This document shows, piece by piece, positions 1-9,159 of a stretch of DNA of 17,956 nucleotides. The position numbers and the translations under genes were made by a program. The notes under the pieces were generated by a model. The model did no database searches, was not told the origin of the DNA, and was given only the letters and a program-made list of their open reading frames with translations. Origin of the DNA: a virus (lineage: Duplodnaviria > Heunggongvirae > Uroviricota > Caudoviricetes); IMG/VR virus record IMGVR_UViG_2734482540_000003; one strand, given 5' to 3'. Position 1 is the stretch's first letter, and each line of letters opens with the position of its first letter.

Positions 1-1228
1 AGCCGTTATCCGGGTCAATCCAGTTCACCTCAACGGCATTATGGCGGTCTTTCAGGGCGCTGAAACTGTAGCGGAACGGCGCGCCATCATCCGGCATCAC
101 CACATTACTGCGGTTATAGGCCCACACCTTATCCGACTGTCGGTCCTGCACGAACGTCAGCGTCTGCCCGTTCCATACCGGCATACAGCGCATCGCCGAG
201 CAGAAATCACTGAGCACATCCCACGCCTTGCGCTGTGTGGTCAGCCAGGCATTACAGGTGATGCGCGGCTCCGTGCTGCCAAAGCCGTCCGGCACCGACT
301 GGTCACAGTACTGGCCGATGACATACAGCGCCCATTTATCCACATCTGCCGCACCAAGACGTTTCCCCATGCCATAGCGCGGATGGGTCAGCATATCCCA
401 CAGACACCAGGCCATGTTGTTGCTGTATGCCGGTTTTAACGTTCCGTCCCAGATACCGCTGTATTGCCGCGTCTGCGGATTATAGTTCGACGGCACCTGC
501 AGAATGCGCCCGCGAAGATGATAATTACGGCTCACCTGCTGGCTGCCGAACTGCTCCGAATCCACCTGTACGCCGACCAGTGCCGTGTTCGGGTAGCACT
601 GTTTCACATCGATGATTTCGGTGTATGACGACCAGAGCGTTTTGTTCTGCAGCTGGTCTGTGGTGCTGTCCGGCGTCATTCTGCGCATCCGGATATTAAA
701 CGGGCGCGGCGGCAGGTTATCCACCACCACCGAGGCCAGATACTGCGAGGTGGTTTTGCCCTTAATGGTGATGTCTTTTTCCGTCACCCAGCCACCGTTA
801 CGCTGTATCTGAACCAGCAGGCGAACTTCAGACGGATTCCTGTCTCCCTTTGAGGTGGTTTCCACCAGTGCCTGTACACCGAAGGTAAAACGCAGTCGGT
901 CAATGTTTGCCGACGTGATGGTCCGGGTGATCGGCGTGTCATATTTCACTTCCGTACCCAGCACCGTCTCGGAGCCGGAGGATTCAAATCCCTCCGGCGG
1001 TGACTGCTCCTGCTCACCTGCCCGGAACACCACCGTGACGCCGGAGATGTTGGTATTCCCCTCACTGTCCAGCACCGGCGTACTGTTCAGCAGCACGCTT
1101 TTTAATCCATCCACCGGACCTTCAACCGGCCCTTCACTGATGGCATCGATCACACTCAGCAGCTGCGTGGACTTCAGGTTGTCCTTCGCTTCGCGCGGGG
1201 TATGCCCCTTACTGCTGCCTTTACCCAT
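1..1228 (-). CDS. J: Tail tip / host-specificity protein J, N-terminal 409 codons only (gene continues past the left edge of the window)
   Basis: Minus-strand reading from ATG at 1226-1228 gives MGKGSSKGHTPREAKDNLK..., the lambda gpJ N-terminus. The frame stays open to position 1. It is absent from the ORF track because no stop codon lies in the window. GGAG Shine-Dalgarno about 9 nt upstream. Follows I in lambda gene order. Confidence 0.9.
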   Translation of the reverse strand, partial: MGKGSSKGHTPREAKDNLKSTQLLSVIDAISEGPVEGPVDGLKSVLLNSTPVLDSEGNTNISGVTVVFRAGEQEQSPPEGFESSGSETVLGTEVKYDTPITRTITSANIDRLRFTFGVQALVETTSKGDRNPSEVRLLVQIQRNGGWVTEKDITIKGKTTSQYLASVVVDNLPPRPFNIRMRRMTPDSTTDQLQNKTLWSSYTEIIDVKQCYPNTALVGVQVDSEQFGSQQVSRNYHLRGRILQVPSNYNPQTRQYSGIWDGTLKPAYSNNMAWCLWDMLTHPRYGMGKRLGAADVDKWALYVIGQYCDQSVPDGFGSTEPRITCNAWLTTQRKAWDVLSDFCSAMRCMPVWNGQTLTFVQDRQSDKVWAYNRSNVVMPDDGAPFRYSFSALKDRHNAVEVNWIDPDNG

Positions 1229-1288
1229 TCGTCATGCTCCATAAACGATAAAACCGCCCGGAGGCGATTTCACATAAAACATTTTGCA

Positions 1289-1960
1289 TCAGCGACCAAT
1301 CACCACAACCTGACCACCGTCCCCTTCGTCTGCCGTGCTGATCTCCTGAGATACCACACGTGACCCCACGCGCATTTCACCATACAGAACAGGCATAACA
1401 TTGCCCTGGGCAACCATGTTATCCAGTGAGGAGAAATAGGTGTTCTGCTTACCGTTATCCGTTGTCTGTGTGCGGGGAGTTCTGGCTTTCGGTGCCAGCA
1501 TCTGAGCCACACCGCCGAGCACCATACTGGCACCGAGAGAAAACAGAATGCCGGTCATACCACCGGCACCAATGGCAGCCCCCCATGCTGCAAGGGTGGC
1601 TCCGGCGGTAAAGAATGATCCGGCAATGGCGGCTGCTCCCAGGACAATCTGGAATACACCACCTGACTTGGCCCCGGCGACTCTGGGAACAATATGAATC
1701 ACAGCGCCGTCAGGCAGAGCCTCATGTAACTGTGCCGTTAATCCGGACGTGCTAACATCCTGCCCGGCAATACGCACCTGATACCAGCCGTCGCTCAGCT
1801 TCTGACGAAACGCAGGGAGCTGTGTGGCCATCGCCCGGATGGCTTCGGCACCCGTTTTCACACGAAGGTCGATGCGGCGGCCAAATCGTTGCAAATCCCC
1901 GTAAAGGCAGATGCGTGCCATGCCCGGTGACGCCAGAGGGAGTGTGTGCGTCGCTGCCAT
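1289..1960 (-). CDS. I: Tail assembly protein I
   Basis: 223-aa ORF (MAATHTLPLASPGMARICLYGDLQRFGRRIDLRVKTGAEAIRA...) matches lambda gpI over its full length. Overlaps the 3' end of K by about 100 nt in another frame, as in lambda. Confidence 0.93.
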   Translation of the reverse strand: MAATHTLPLASPGMARICLYGDLQRFGRRIDLRVKTGAEAIRAMATQLPAFRQKLSDGWYQVRIAGQDVSTSGLTAQLHEALPDGAVIHIVPRVAGAKSGGVFQIVLGAAAIAGSFFTAGATLAAWGAAIGAGGMTGILFSLGASMVLGGVAQMLAPKARTPRTQTTDNGKQNTYFSSLDNMVAQGNVMPVLYGEMRVGSRVVSQEISTADEGDGGQVVVIGR

Positions 1961-2457
1961 TTGTCGGTATACCTCTCTCGTTTGCTCAGTTGTTCAGGAA
2001 TATGGTGCAGCAGCTCGCCGTCACCACAGTAAATGGCGGCATGATTCGGCACCGATGAACCAAAACAGCACAGCAGCACATCGCCCGGCTGCGCCGCTGA
2101 CAACGGCACCTGATACAGCCCTGTGGCCTCCAGATTATCCAGATAGAGATTCTGACCGTGACGCCACCAGTCATCCTCACGATGAAAATCCGGCATCTCA
2201 ATCCCCGCCAGATGGTAAGCATCCCGGAACAGCGTGTAACAGTCCGTCACCCCGTGCTCAAAGCGCCGCCCGGTAAGATGTGGCACACAGCGGAACTTGT
2301 GAATCGCCCCCCGGCAGACCAGCCACCACGGCAAATCACTCTGCACCTGCAGCCGCCGGTCGGCCTCACTCAGCCAGGGCAGACCACCGGGGTGGCTGTG
2401 GACCAGTGCCACAATCTCACCCTGCATCTCTGCCTGCAGCCAGTCTTCCGGCGACAT
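1858..2457 (-). CDS. K: Tail tip assembly protein K (JAB/MPN-type metallopeptidase motif plus NlpC/P60-like Cys/His region)
   Basis: Last 199 codons of track ORF 1858..2895 (MSPEDWLQAEMQGEIVALVHSHPGGLPWLSEADRRLQ...HIPEQLSKRERYTDKWQ...) correspond to lambda gpK. ATG at 2455-2457 with GGAGG about 11 nt upstream. JAMM-like E..HxH..S..D motif is visible. The frame remains open upstream to the N-run (see findings). Confidence 0.88.
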   Translation of the reverse strand: MSPEDWLQAEMQGEIVALVHSHPGGLPWLSEADRRLQVQSDLPWWLVCRGAIHKFRCVPHLTGRRFEHGVTDCYTLFRDAYHLAGIEMPDFHREDDWWRHGQNLYLDNLEATGLYQVPLSAAQPGDVLLCCFGSSVPNHAAIYCGDGELLHHIPEQLSKRERYTDKWQRRTHSLWRHRAWHASAFTGICNDLAAASTFV

Positions 2458-2789
2458 ACGGAAATACGCCTCCGGCTCACCGGAGATATTCACGCAGGGG
2501 AAATATCTTTCCCCCTCCGGCGTTCTTACCACGAAGCCGNNNNNNNNNNNNNNNNNNNNNNNNNNNNNNNNNNNNNNNNNNNNNNNNNNNNNNNNNNNNN
2601 NNNNNNNNNNNNNNNNNNNNNNNNNNNNNNNNNNNNNNNNNNNNNNNNNNNNNNNNNNNNNNNNNNNNNNNNNNNNNNNNNNNNNNNNNNNNNNNNNNNN
2701 NNNNNNNNNNNNNNNNNNNNNNNNNNNNNNNNNNNNNNNNNNNNNNNNNNNNNNNNNNNNNNNNNNNNNNNNNNNNNNNNNNNNNNNNN

Positions 2790-3311
2790 GGTGCAGGTGT
2801 TGGCCAGCATGATACGTCCCGGAAAAACAGCGCCATCTGTTTCCGTCGGCGTGGACAGTACAAAAGAGGCACTCACCGCGCTCAGTTCGCTGCACTGCTC
2901 AATGCGCCAGCGGCTGATCACCTCCTGCTCCGGATCGGCGTCACTGTTTCCGTTGACGAAGTTCACCGCATCCAGAAAACGGGCGTAAACCTTACGCCGG
3001 ACCACCGTTCCGCCGACCAGACTCTGTAGATCTTCCGCCATCCCGGTGACCATACCGTACAGGTTAGAAACCATCAGCGTGGGGCGCGTACTGGTGCCTT
3101 TGCCATTCAGTTCAAAACCACTCCCCTGAATGGGATACGGCTGATACTGTCGCCCCTGCCAGGTGACCGGCTCACCTTTTTCGTTCTGCTCATTACAGAA
3201 AAAATAACGTTCTCCACCGACCTCTGTCAGATCGATTTCCCAGAGCACCACGCTGGCCGACTGCTCCGCACGGGTGCATTCATTCAGTGTTTCCTGCCGG
3301 ATATCCTGCAT
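2790..3311 (-). CDS. L: Tail tip protein L (visible N-terminal about 174 codons; 3' end lies in the N-masked stretch)
   Basis: Translation from ATG at 3311 (MQDIRQETLNECTRAEQSASVVLWEIDLTEVGGERYFFCNEQNEKGEPVTWQGRQYQPYPIQGSGFELNGKG...) matches lambda gpL. Lambda L is 232 aa, so the stop is expected near 2613 inside the N-run (extrapolated, not observed). Start overlaps the M stop by 1 nt. Confidence 0.9.
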
Positions 3312-3640
3312 CAGTTCACCACCTGTTCAAACTCTGCGCTGAACTCAACACGCAGCATACTGACCCGCGACGACCATTTTGCGCAGGTCACCTTTATCTG
3401 CCGCCACTCATAAGGCGGCGTCCACAGAAAGGCTTTCCAGCCCCCGTGCTCTTCCAGAAACGACTCCAGTACCATGGCCTCCTCACGGGGGACAGAAAGC
3501 GTCACGCTGTACGTTTTCAGGTTGGCATTCAGCCCGGCAGGCGCTCGCTGGGAATAGCCATCACCAAAGCGCACCTTTCTTACAGAAGGGGCCGAAGCCA
3601 CATCCATACCGGGTTTCACTTTCCAGCGGAAGGTTTTCAT
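3311..3640 (-). CDS. M: Tail tip assembly protein M
   Basis: 109-aa ORF (MKTFRWKVKPGMDVASAPSVRKVRFGDGYSQRAPAGLNANLKTYSVTLSVPREEAMVLESFLEEHGGWKAFLW...) matches lambda gpM. ATGA-type overlap with the H stop. Confidence 0.93.
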   Translation of the reverse strand: MKTFRWKVKPGMDVASAPSVRKVRFGDGYSQRAPAGLNANLKTYSVTLSVPREEAMVLESFLEEHGGWKAFLWTPPYEWRQIKVTCAKWSSRVSMLRVEFSAEFEQVVN

Positions 3641-6198
3641 CGTCCACCTCCGGAGAACAGGCCACCATCACGCATCTGTGTCTGAATTTCATCACGGGCA
3701 CCCTTGCGGGCCATGTCATACACGGCCTTCATCATCTGTGGACCTGGCAGACCATTCGTACCGTCGTTCTGAATCACCACGTGATTGTTCTGATTAAAAT
3801 TAATGCCTTCAGCCCGCCGCATCTGCGCCGGACTTCCGGCACCGCCCACATAACCACCTTCCGCATAGCCGCGCATCAGCCGGTAGAGATTCCCCACGCC
3901 AATCCGGCTGGTTGCCTCCTTCGTGAAGACAAATTCACCACGGTGAACAATCCCCGCTGGCTCATATTTGCCGCCGGTTCCCGTAAATCCCCCGGTTGCA
4001 AAATGGAATTTCACCGCAGCGGCCTGAATGGCTGTACCACCTGACGCGGATGCGCCGCCACCAACAGCCCCGCCAATGGCGCTGCCGATACTCCCGACAA
4101 TCCCCACCATTGCCTGCTTAAGCAGAATTTCTGTCATCATGGACAGCACGGAGCGGGTGAAGCTGCGCCAGTTCTGTTCACTGCCGGTCAGCATCGCCGC
4201 CATATTCTGTGCAATACCATCAAAGGTCTGCGTGGCTGCACTTTTAACCTGTGACATACTGTCCGTGGCGCTCTCTTCCCACTCACTCCAGCCGGACTTC
4301 AGGCCTGCCATCCAGCTCCCGCGAAGCTGGTCTTCAGCCGCCCAGGTCTTTTTCTGCTCTGACATGACGTTATTCAGCGCCAGAGGATTATCGCCATACT
4401 GTTCCTTCAGGCGCTGTTCCGTGGCTTCCCGCGCTGCCTGCCGGTCAGTCAGCCCCCGGTTTTTCGCATCAATGGCTGCCCGTTTTGCCCGTTGCTGCTG
4501 TGCGAATTTATCCGCCTGCTGCGCCAGCGCATTCAGGTGCTCCTGATACGTAACCTTGTCACCAAGTGCAGCCAGCTGGCGTTTGTACTCCAGCGTCTCG
4601 TCTTTATGCGCCAGCAGGGATTTCTCCTGTGCGGACAGCTGGCGACGTTGTGCCGCCTCCTCCAGTACCGCGAACTGACTTTCTGCCTTCCACAAATCCC
4701 GGCGCTGCTGGCTGATTTTCTCATTCGCTCCGGCATGCTTCTCCAGCGTCCGGAGTTCTGCCTGAAGCGTCAGCAGGGCCGCATGAGCACTGTCTTCCTG
4801 ACGATCGCCCGCATACACCTTCACGCCGGACTGTTTCGGCTTTTTCAGCGTCGCTTCATAATCCTTTTTCGCCGCCGCCATCAGCGTGTTGTAATCTGCC
4901 TGCAGGATTTTTCCGTCTTTCAGTGCCTTGTTCAGTTCTTCCTGACGGGCGGTATATTTCTCCAGCGGCGTCTGCAGCCGTTCGTAAGCCTTCTGCGCCT
5001 CTTCGGTATATTTCAGCCGTGACGCTTCGGTATCGCTCTGCTGCTGCGCATTTTTGTCCTGTTGACGCTGTTGATCTACCCTCTTTTGGGCTGCATCCCG
5101 CTCCAGGCGTTTTTTTTCACGATCATCCCAGTAACGCGCCCGTGCTTCATCGTTAACGAAATAATCATCCTTGCGCAGATTCCAGATGTCGTCTGCTTTC
5201 TTAAACGCAGCCTCTGCCTTAATCAGCATCTCCTGCGCGGTATCAGGACGACCAATATCCAGCACCGCATCCCACATGGATTTGAATGCACGTGCAGTCC
5301 TGTCTGCCCAGGTCTCCAGCGTGCCCATGTTCTCTTTCAGGCGGCGGGTCTGGTCATCAAACCCTTTCGTTGCGGCCTCGTTCGCCGCCTGCAATGCCCC
5401 GGCTTCATCGCCGGAACGCTGCAACTGAGCAACATACGCAATCTGCTCCGCCGTCACGTTATGGAACTGGCGTGCCATCGCCGTCAGCCCCGACGTCGGG
5501 TCTGTGGTCAGCTTCCCGAAGGCTTCAGCGACCTTGTCCACCTCCACGCCGGATGCATAGGAGAAACGCGCCACACTCTGGCTGATGGACGCAATCTGAG
5601 CCTCACCGCTTACCCCCGCCTTAACCAGTGCGCTGAGTGACTCGCTGGTCTGGTTAAACGTCAGCCCTGCCGCCTGCCCGGCTCTGGACAGGACCAGCAT
5701 ACGATCTGCCGTCAGTCCCGCCTGATTACCGGAAAGGACCAGCGTTTTGTTGAAATCGGACAGGGTTGAGTTGCCCTGATACCAGGCATACGCCAGCGCA
5801 CCGGTCGCCACCGCCAGCGAGGTGGCCCCCACCATCGGCAGGGTGATCGCGCCGGCAAGCCCCCTGAACATGGGGATCATCCCGCCGAAGGAGTCCTTAA
5901 CCTGACCACCCTGTTGCAGCAGGATCAGCCAGGGATTCTGCCCCCCTGCAAGCTGCGTGGCCACGTCGGTGAACTGTGCAGGCAGCATACGCATGGCGGC
6001 TTTATACTGCCCGACGGAAATCCCCGCTTTCTGTGCAGCCAGCGCCTGTCGGCTCAGCGACTGTTCAACGACTGCCGCTGTTTTTTTCGCATCACTTTCC
6101 GTACCGGAAAAATGACGCCTGACTCTGGCCATCTGCTCGTCAAATCTGGCCGCATCCAGACTCAAATCAACGACCAGATCGCCTACCGGTTCAGCCAT
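3637..6198 (-). CDS. H: Tail tape measure protein H
   Basis: 853-aa ORF (MAEPVGDLVVDLSLDAARFDEQMARVRRHFSGTESDAKKTAAVVEQSL...RDGGLFSGGGR), same length as lambda gpH and recognisable throughout. Coiled-coil-rich middle and glycine-rich C-terminal region. Start overlaps the end of the T frame by 8 nt. Confidence 0.95.
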   Translation of the reverse strand: MAEPVGDLVVDLSLDAARFDEQMARVRRHFSGTESDAKKTAAVVEQSLSRQALAAQKAGISVGQYKAAMRMLPAQFTDVATQLAGGQNPWLILLQQGGQVKDSFGGMIPMFRGLAGAITLPMVGATSLAVATGALAYAWYQGNSTLSDFNKTLVLSGNQAGLTADRMLVLSRAGQAAGLTFNQTSESLSALVKAGVSGEAQIASISQSVARFSYASGVEVDKVAEAFGKLTTDPTSGLTAMARQFHNVTAEQIAYVAQLQRSGDEAGALQAANEAATKGFDDQTRRLKENMGTLETWADRTARAFKSMWDAVLDIGRPDTAQEMLIKAEAAFKKADDIWNLRKDDYFVNDEARARYWDDREKKRLERDAAQKRVDQQRQQDKNAQQQSDTEASRLKYTEEAQKAYERLQTPLEKYTARQEELNKALKDGKILQADYNTLMAAAKKDYEATLKKPKQSGVKVYAGDRQEDSAHAALLTLQAELRTLEKHAGANEKISQQRRDLWKAESQFAVLEEAAQRRQLSAQEKSLLAHKDETLEYKRQLAALGDKVTYQEHLNALAQQADKFAQQQRAKRAAIDAKNRGLTDRQAAREATEQRLKEQYGDNPLALNNVMSEQKKTWAAEDQLRGSWMAGLKSGWSEWEESATDSMSQVKSAATQTFDGIAQNMAAMLTGSEQNWRSFTRSVLSMMTEILLKQAMVGIVGSIGSAIGGAVGGGASASGGTAIQAAAVKFHFATGGFTGTGGKYEPAGIVHRGEFVFTKEATSRIGVGNLYRLMRGYAEGGYVGGAGSPAQMRRAEGINFNQNNHVVIQNDGTNGLPGPQMMKAVYDMARKGARDEIQTQMRDGGLFSGGGR

Positions 6199-7029
6199 AC
6201 CGGACTCCTCCTGCGATCCCTTCTGATACTGTCATCAGCATTACGTCATCCTCCGTCATGTCCGCCACATCCGGGGAAGCGGGGATAACTTCATTCCCGT
6301 CCGGGCCAAAGCGGACACCTCCGGCAAGCCCTGCCGCTTTCTGCATCAGCACATCATCTTCAGGCTCTTCGTCAGCCTCGCGCCGGTTCAGCAGACTGAA
6401 ATCCAGCGGATGCATCTCCGGATCGCTGAAAAACAGGCTGAGCACGGTGTACGTCAGCCCGGAAAAGTGCATATCCAGCAGAACATCATGAAAATAATGG
6501 GTACTGTAAAAGCGGTGCCAGTCGGCATACTCCGTGGATGACATCCCGGCAAGCATGGCGCGCCAGTCGGGTCGCCCCATCTCACGCGCCAGTTTCAGGG
6601 CAAAACTCAGCTCACCGTCGAACACTTTCCCGCAGAAACAGGCTCTGCAGGCCCGGCGTCCTCTGCCTGTTCAGGAGCATCATTCACCACAAACTCATAC
6701 ATACCGGACAGCCGGTACACCACGTTTTCAGCATGAGAAATTGCCTCTGTGGGCCAGGTGGTAAGCACTTCCTGCTCAATCTGTTTAACGGCTTCATTCA
6801 TGGACGGCATCTGCGTCTTCTTCGGATGGTTATGCCACAGGGACATCGCAACCACAAAAGCGCCGGTTCTGATGGCGTCTTCCACAGTAAACTTCCGGTT
6901 GCTGTCTGACTCCGCCTGTTCTGCCTGCCGTTTCATCAGGTCGAGATGCTCAATACGCTGCAGGGCTGACAGTTCAGAAAGCGTGACGGTCACACCGTTA
7001 TGTTCAAATGATTCGGTTTTCAGGAACAT
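6191..7029 (-). CDS. T: Tail assembly chaperone G-T fusion, made by programmed -1 ribosomal frameshift from G into the T frame
   Basis: The -1 frame downstream of the G slippery site is open from about 6625 to the stop at 6191 (...FDGELSFALKLAREMGRPDWRAMLAGMSSTEYADWHRFYS...), matching the T part of lambda gpGT. It has no start codon of its own (the first in-frame codon reads GTG), consistent with expression only by frameshifting. Confidence 0.85.
6607..7029 (-). CDS. G: Tail assembly chaperone G
   Basis: 140-aa ORF (MFLKTESFEHNGVTVTLSELSALQRIEHLDLMKRQAEQAESDSNRKFTVEDAIRTGAFVVAMSLWHNHPKK...) matches lambda gpG. Contains the slippery heptamer near its 3' end. Confidence 0.93.
   Translation of the reverse strand: MFLKTESFEHNGVTVTLSELSALQRIEHLDLMKRQAEQAESDSNRKFTVEDAIRTGAFVVAMSLWHNHPKKTQMPSMNEAVKQIEQEVLTTWPTEAISHAENVVYRLSGMYEFVVNDAPEQAEDAGPAEPVSAGKCSTVS
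6625..6631 (-). other. Slippery heptamer G GGA AAG for the G to G-T -1 programmed frameshift
   Basis: Plus strand reads CTTTCCC, i.e. GGGAAAG on the minus strand, positioned as G GGA AAG in the G frame (…A G K C S T V S*). Shifting -1 here reads GGG AAA GTG TTC... = GKVFDGELS, which joins the T frame exactly. Confidence 0.85.
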
Positions 7030-7044
7030 CGCTGACTCTCCGGA

Positions 7045-7785
7045 TTAACTGGCGGTGACGTTGATTTCTGCAACCGCAGCAAACTCACCATTACCAGATA
7101 CGACCGGAATGTTGACCTTGCCTGCAGCAACACCTTTCACGGTGATGGTCATACCACTGACCGACACGGTGGCTTTTGTTTTATCCGCAGACACCGCACG
7201 GAAGCTCTTGTCGGTTGCGCCATCCGGCTGGAATGCCACGGTCAGCGTGGTGCTCTGCCCTTTCACTACGGAAGCACTGGCGGGTGTCACCGTCATGCCG
7301 GTCGTCGCCGTCACCGTGCTGCGATCTTCTGCCATCGACGGACGTCCCACATTGGTGACCTTCACCGTGCGGGTAATCACCTCCTTCGCCGTCACCGCCT
7401 TACCGATACTGCTGACCCAGCCACGGAACACATCGACCGTGCCGTTCGGGAAGCGGATTTTATAGGCACGGGTATCACCTTCATTAAACCACGCCAGCAG
7501 CGCCTGCTGCCCCTGCTCTCCGGGCATCCACGCCAGCGTGAAGCTGGTATCTCCGGCAGATTTCTGCCCCTGCCCGGTCGCAGTCCAGTCTGCATCTTCA
7601 TCATCGAGATAGCTGTCGTCATAGGACTCAGCGGTCAGTTCGCCGGGCGTCAGGTCTTTAACTTTTGCCAGACGCGACCAGTCAACGTCTGAAAGCGGGT
7701 TCGCATAAGGGTCACCGCTCCCCTTATAAACCCACAGGGTGGTCCCGGCACCTTTCACCGGCATTGTAGGATTTGGTACAGGCAT
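7045..7785 (-). CDS. V: Major tail tube protein V (with C-terminal Ig-like domain)
   Basis: Track ORF 7045..7815 contains the lambda gpV sequence starting at its 11th codon ([45 protein letters not shown]...EINVTAS). That gives a 246-aa product from ATG at 7785, 7 nt downstream of the U stop as in lambda. Confidence 0.93.
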   Translation of the reverse strand: MPVPNPTMPVKGAGTTLWVYKGSGDPYANPLSDVDWSRLAKVKDLTPGELTAESYDDSYLDDEDADWTATGQGQKSAGDTSFTLAWMPGEQGQQALLAWFNEGDTRAYKIRFPNGTVDVFRGWVSSIGKAVTAKEVITRTVKVTNVGRPSMAEDRSTVTATTGMTVTPASASVVKGQSTTLTVAFQPDGATDKSFRAVSADKTKATVSVSGMTITVKGVAAGKVNIPVVSGNGEFAAVAEINVTAS

Positions 7786-7792
7786 AGCGTCC

Positions 7793-8034
7793 TCACATTT
7801 CATAGATAATGACATAAGTCAGATCGGCTGAACTCCACAGGCCCGCATCATCGTCGCGCCGGTAGTCATAGCCGCTGGCCACCATACTGGTGATCAAATC
7901 TGACAGTGCCGGGATATCGCTCATCACAGGATAAATCCGGGACTCCATCCACGAATCCAGCTCTGAATCCGGCACCTGAGCAGGCAGGAAAACTTCAATA
8001 TGCAGCTCCGCCTGCCAGGTATCGCTGTCCAGCT
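7793..8034 (-). CDS. U: Tail tube terminator protein U (visible C-terminal about 80 codons; start lies in the N-masked stretch)
   Basis: In-frame translation from the N-run edge to the stop at 7793 reads ...[79 protein letters not shown], the C-terminal two-thirds of lambda gpU (131 aa). The track ORF begins at an internal GTG only because of the mask. Extrapolated start is near 8188. Confidence 0.9.
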
Positions 8035-8298
8035 NNNNNNNNNNNNNNNNNNNNNNNNNNNNNNNNNNNNNNNNNNNNNNNNNNNNNNNNNNNNNNNNNN
8101 NNNNNNNNNNNNNNNNNNNNNNNNNNNNNNNNNNNNNNNNNNNNNNNNNNNNNNNNNNNNNNNNNNNNNNNNNNNNNNNNNNNNNNNNNNNNNNNNNNNN
8201 NNNNNNNNNNNNNNNNNNNNNNNNNNNNNNNNNNNNNNNNNNNNNNNNNNNNNNNNNNNNNNNNNNNNNNNNNNNNNNNNNNNNNNNNNNNNNNNNNN

Positions 8299-8783
8299 AA
8301 CGCCGTGGTCAGCGGCACCGCCATCGGGATTTTCACCACATCAATGGGGTAACGGTTTTTCCCGGCCACACGCTGCATAACATGCCACCGGCCGTTTTTC
8401 AGTTGCTGAATAAACGCGCCGGGAATACGACGGTTACCCACCACAAGCACGCTGCCGCCACCTTTCAGGGATGAACGCTGCCCCTTTTTATGACGCCTGC
8501 GGCGGGACAGGACAACCCGCGCATTACCCAGCTTGATTACGGGCAAATCCCCCCGGTTAACTTTGATTCTGGCCTGCGGATTTTTGACCGTGGCCCTTTT
8601 CAGCCTGGCCCTTTCCTTTACCAGTTTCCGGCGTACCTTTGTCTCACGGGCAACCTGTGACGCAGACTGCGATATCGCGGATGAAGCAACGCGGTTAATG
8701 GCCATTGCGGCGGCACCGGGCACCGCCGTTTTGCTGATACGGCTGAGGTTTTCAACGGCCTGCTCAAGACCTTTTATGGCCAT
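8299..8783 (-). CDS. Z: Tail completion protein Z (visible N-terminal 161 codons; 3' end lies in the N-masked stretch)
   Basis: Track translation MAIKGLEQAVENLSRISKTAVPGAAAMAINRVASSAISQSASQVARETKVRRKLVKERARLKRATVKNPQARIKVNRGDLPVIKLGNARVV... matches lambda gpZ (192 aa). Expected stop is near 8205 inside the N-run (extrapolated). Confidence 0.9.
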
Positions 8784-8794
8784 ACATCCCCCTT

Positions 8795-9148
8795 TCAGCG
8801 GCGACGGTTAACGGCAGGCGGTACGCCCCGTCCAAGCCAGAGATGACAACTTCCGCCATCATCCGGCGAAACCCGATCTACCCAGAAATTTTCCTCACCG
8901 ATGGTCAGCGTGTCTCCACGCCGCAGCTGCCGCACCTCATCAGTCCGGACAAACAGGGACGGGCTGGAGCCTTCAACGCGCACGCCCTGTCCGGCATAGC
9001 TGATATTTTCAGGGTCATCAAAAACACCACGTATCACCGCACCTGACTGCTCACCGGATGTCATGGTGGCTGACGTTCCCATGTACCCGCGTATCGTTTC
9101 ATCGGCGCGGGCAATGGCAGCATCGAACAGGTTATCGAAATCAGCCAC
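8795..9148 (-). CDS. FII: Head-tail joining protein FII
   Basis: 117-aa ORF (MADFDNLFDAAIARADETIRGYMGTSATMTSGEQSGAVIRGVFDDPENISYAGQGVRVEGSSPSLFVRTDEVRQLRRGDTL...) matches lambda gpFII. By my reading the initiator is GTG, preceded by GGGAGG. Lies 11 nt after the FI stop. Confidence 0.93.
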   Translation of the reverse strand: MADFDNLFDAAIARADETIRGYMGTSATMTSGEQSGAVIRGVFDDPENISYAGQGVRVEGSSPSLFVRTDEVRQLRRGDTLTIGEENFWVDRVSPDDGGSCHLWLGRGVPPAVNRRR

Positions 9149-9159
9149 AGCGCCTCCCG

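Noticed and set aside
41-1244. Plus-strand ORFs of 62-132 aa (41..439, 427..615, 612..812, 855..1244)
   Set aside because: They lie antisense to the J coding region, which is recognisable and continuous on the minus strand. They have no recognisable protein features and fit the usual spurious antisense frames of GC-rich coding DNA.
1858-2895. 345-aa minus ORF presented as one gene
   Set aside because: Only the last 199 (possibly somewhat more) codons are K. The upstream part is read through the N-run and into a frame overlapping L; the 2895 start is not supported.
4028-5640. Plus-strand ORFs of 172-192 aa antisense to H (4028..4546, 4492..5022, 5062..5640 and others)
   Set aside because: Antisense to the tape measure gene. 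Cys/Arg/Leu-rich, low-complexity translations typical of non-coding frames.
8755-8795. Apparent 1-nt frameshift near the Z N-terminus in my manual base reading (an extra C near 8760, one fewer C near 8790)
   Set aside because: The supplied ORF track translates Z as intact from 8783 and the net length is unchanged. My character-level reading of homopolymer runs is less reliable than the computed track, so I treat this as my counting error and do not call a pseudogene.
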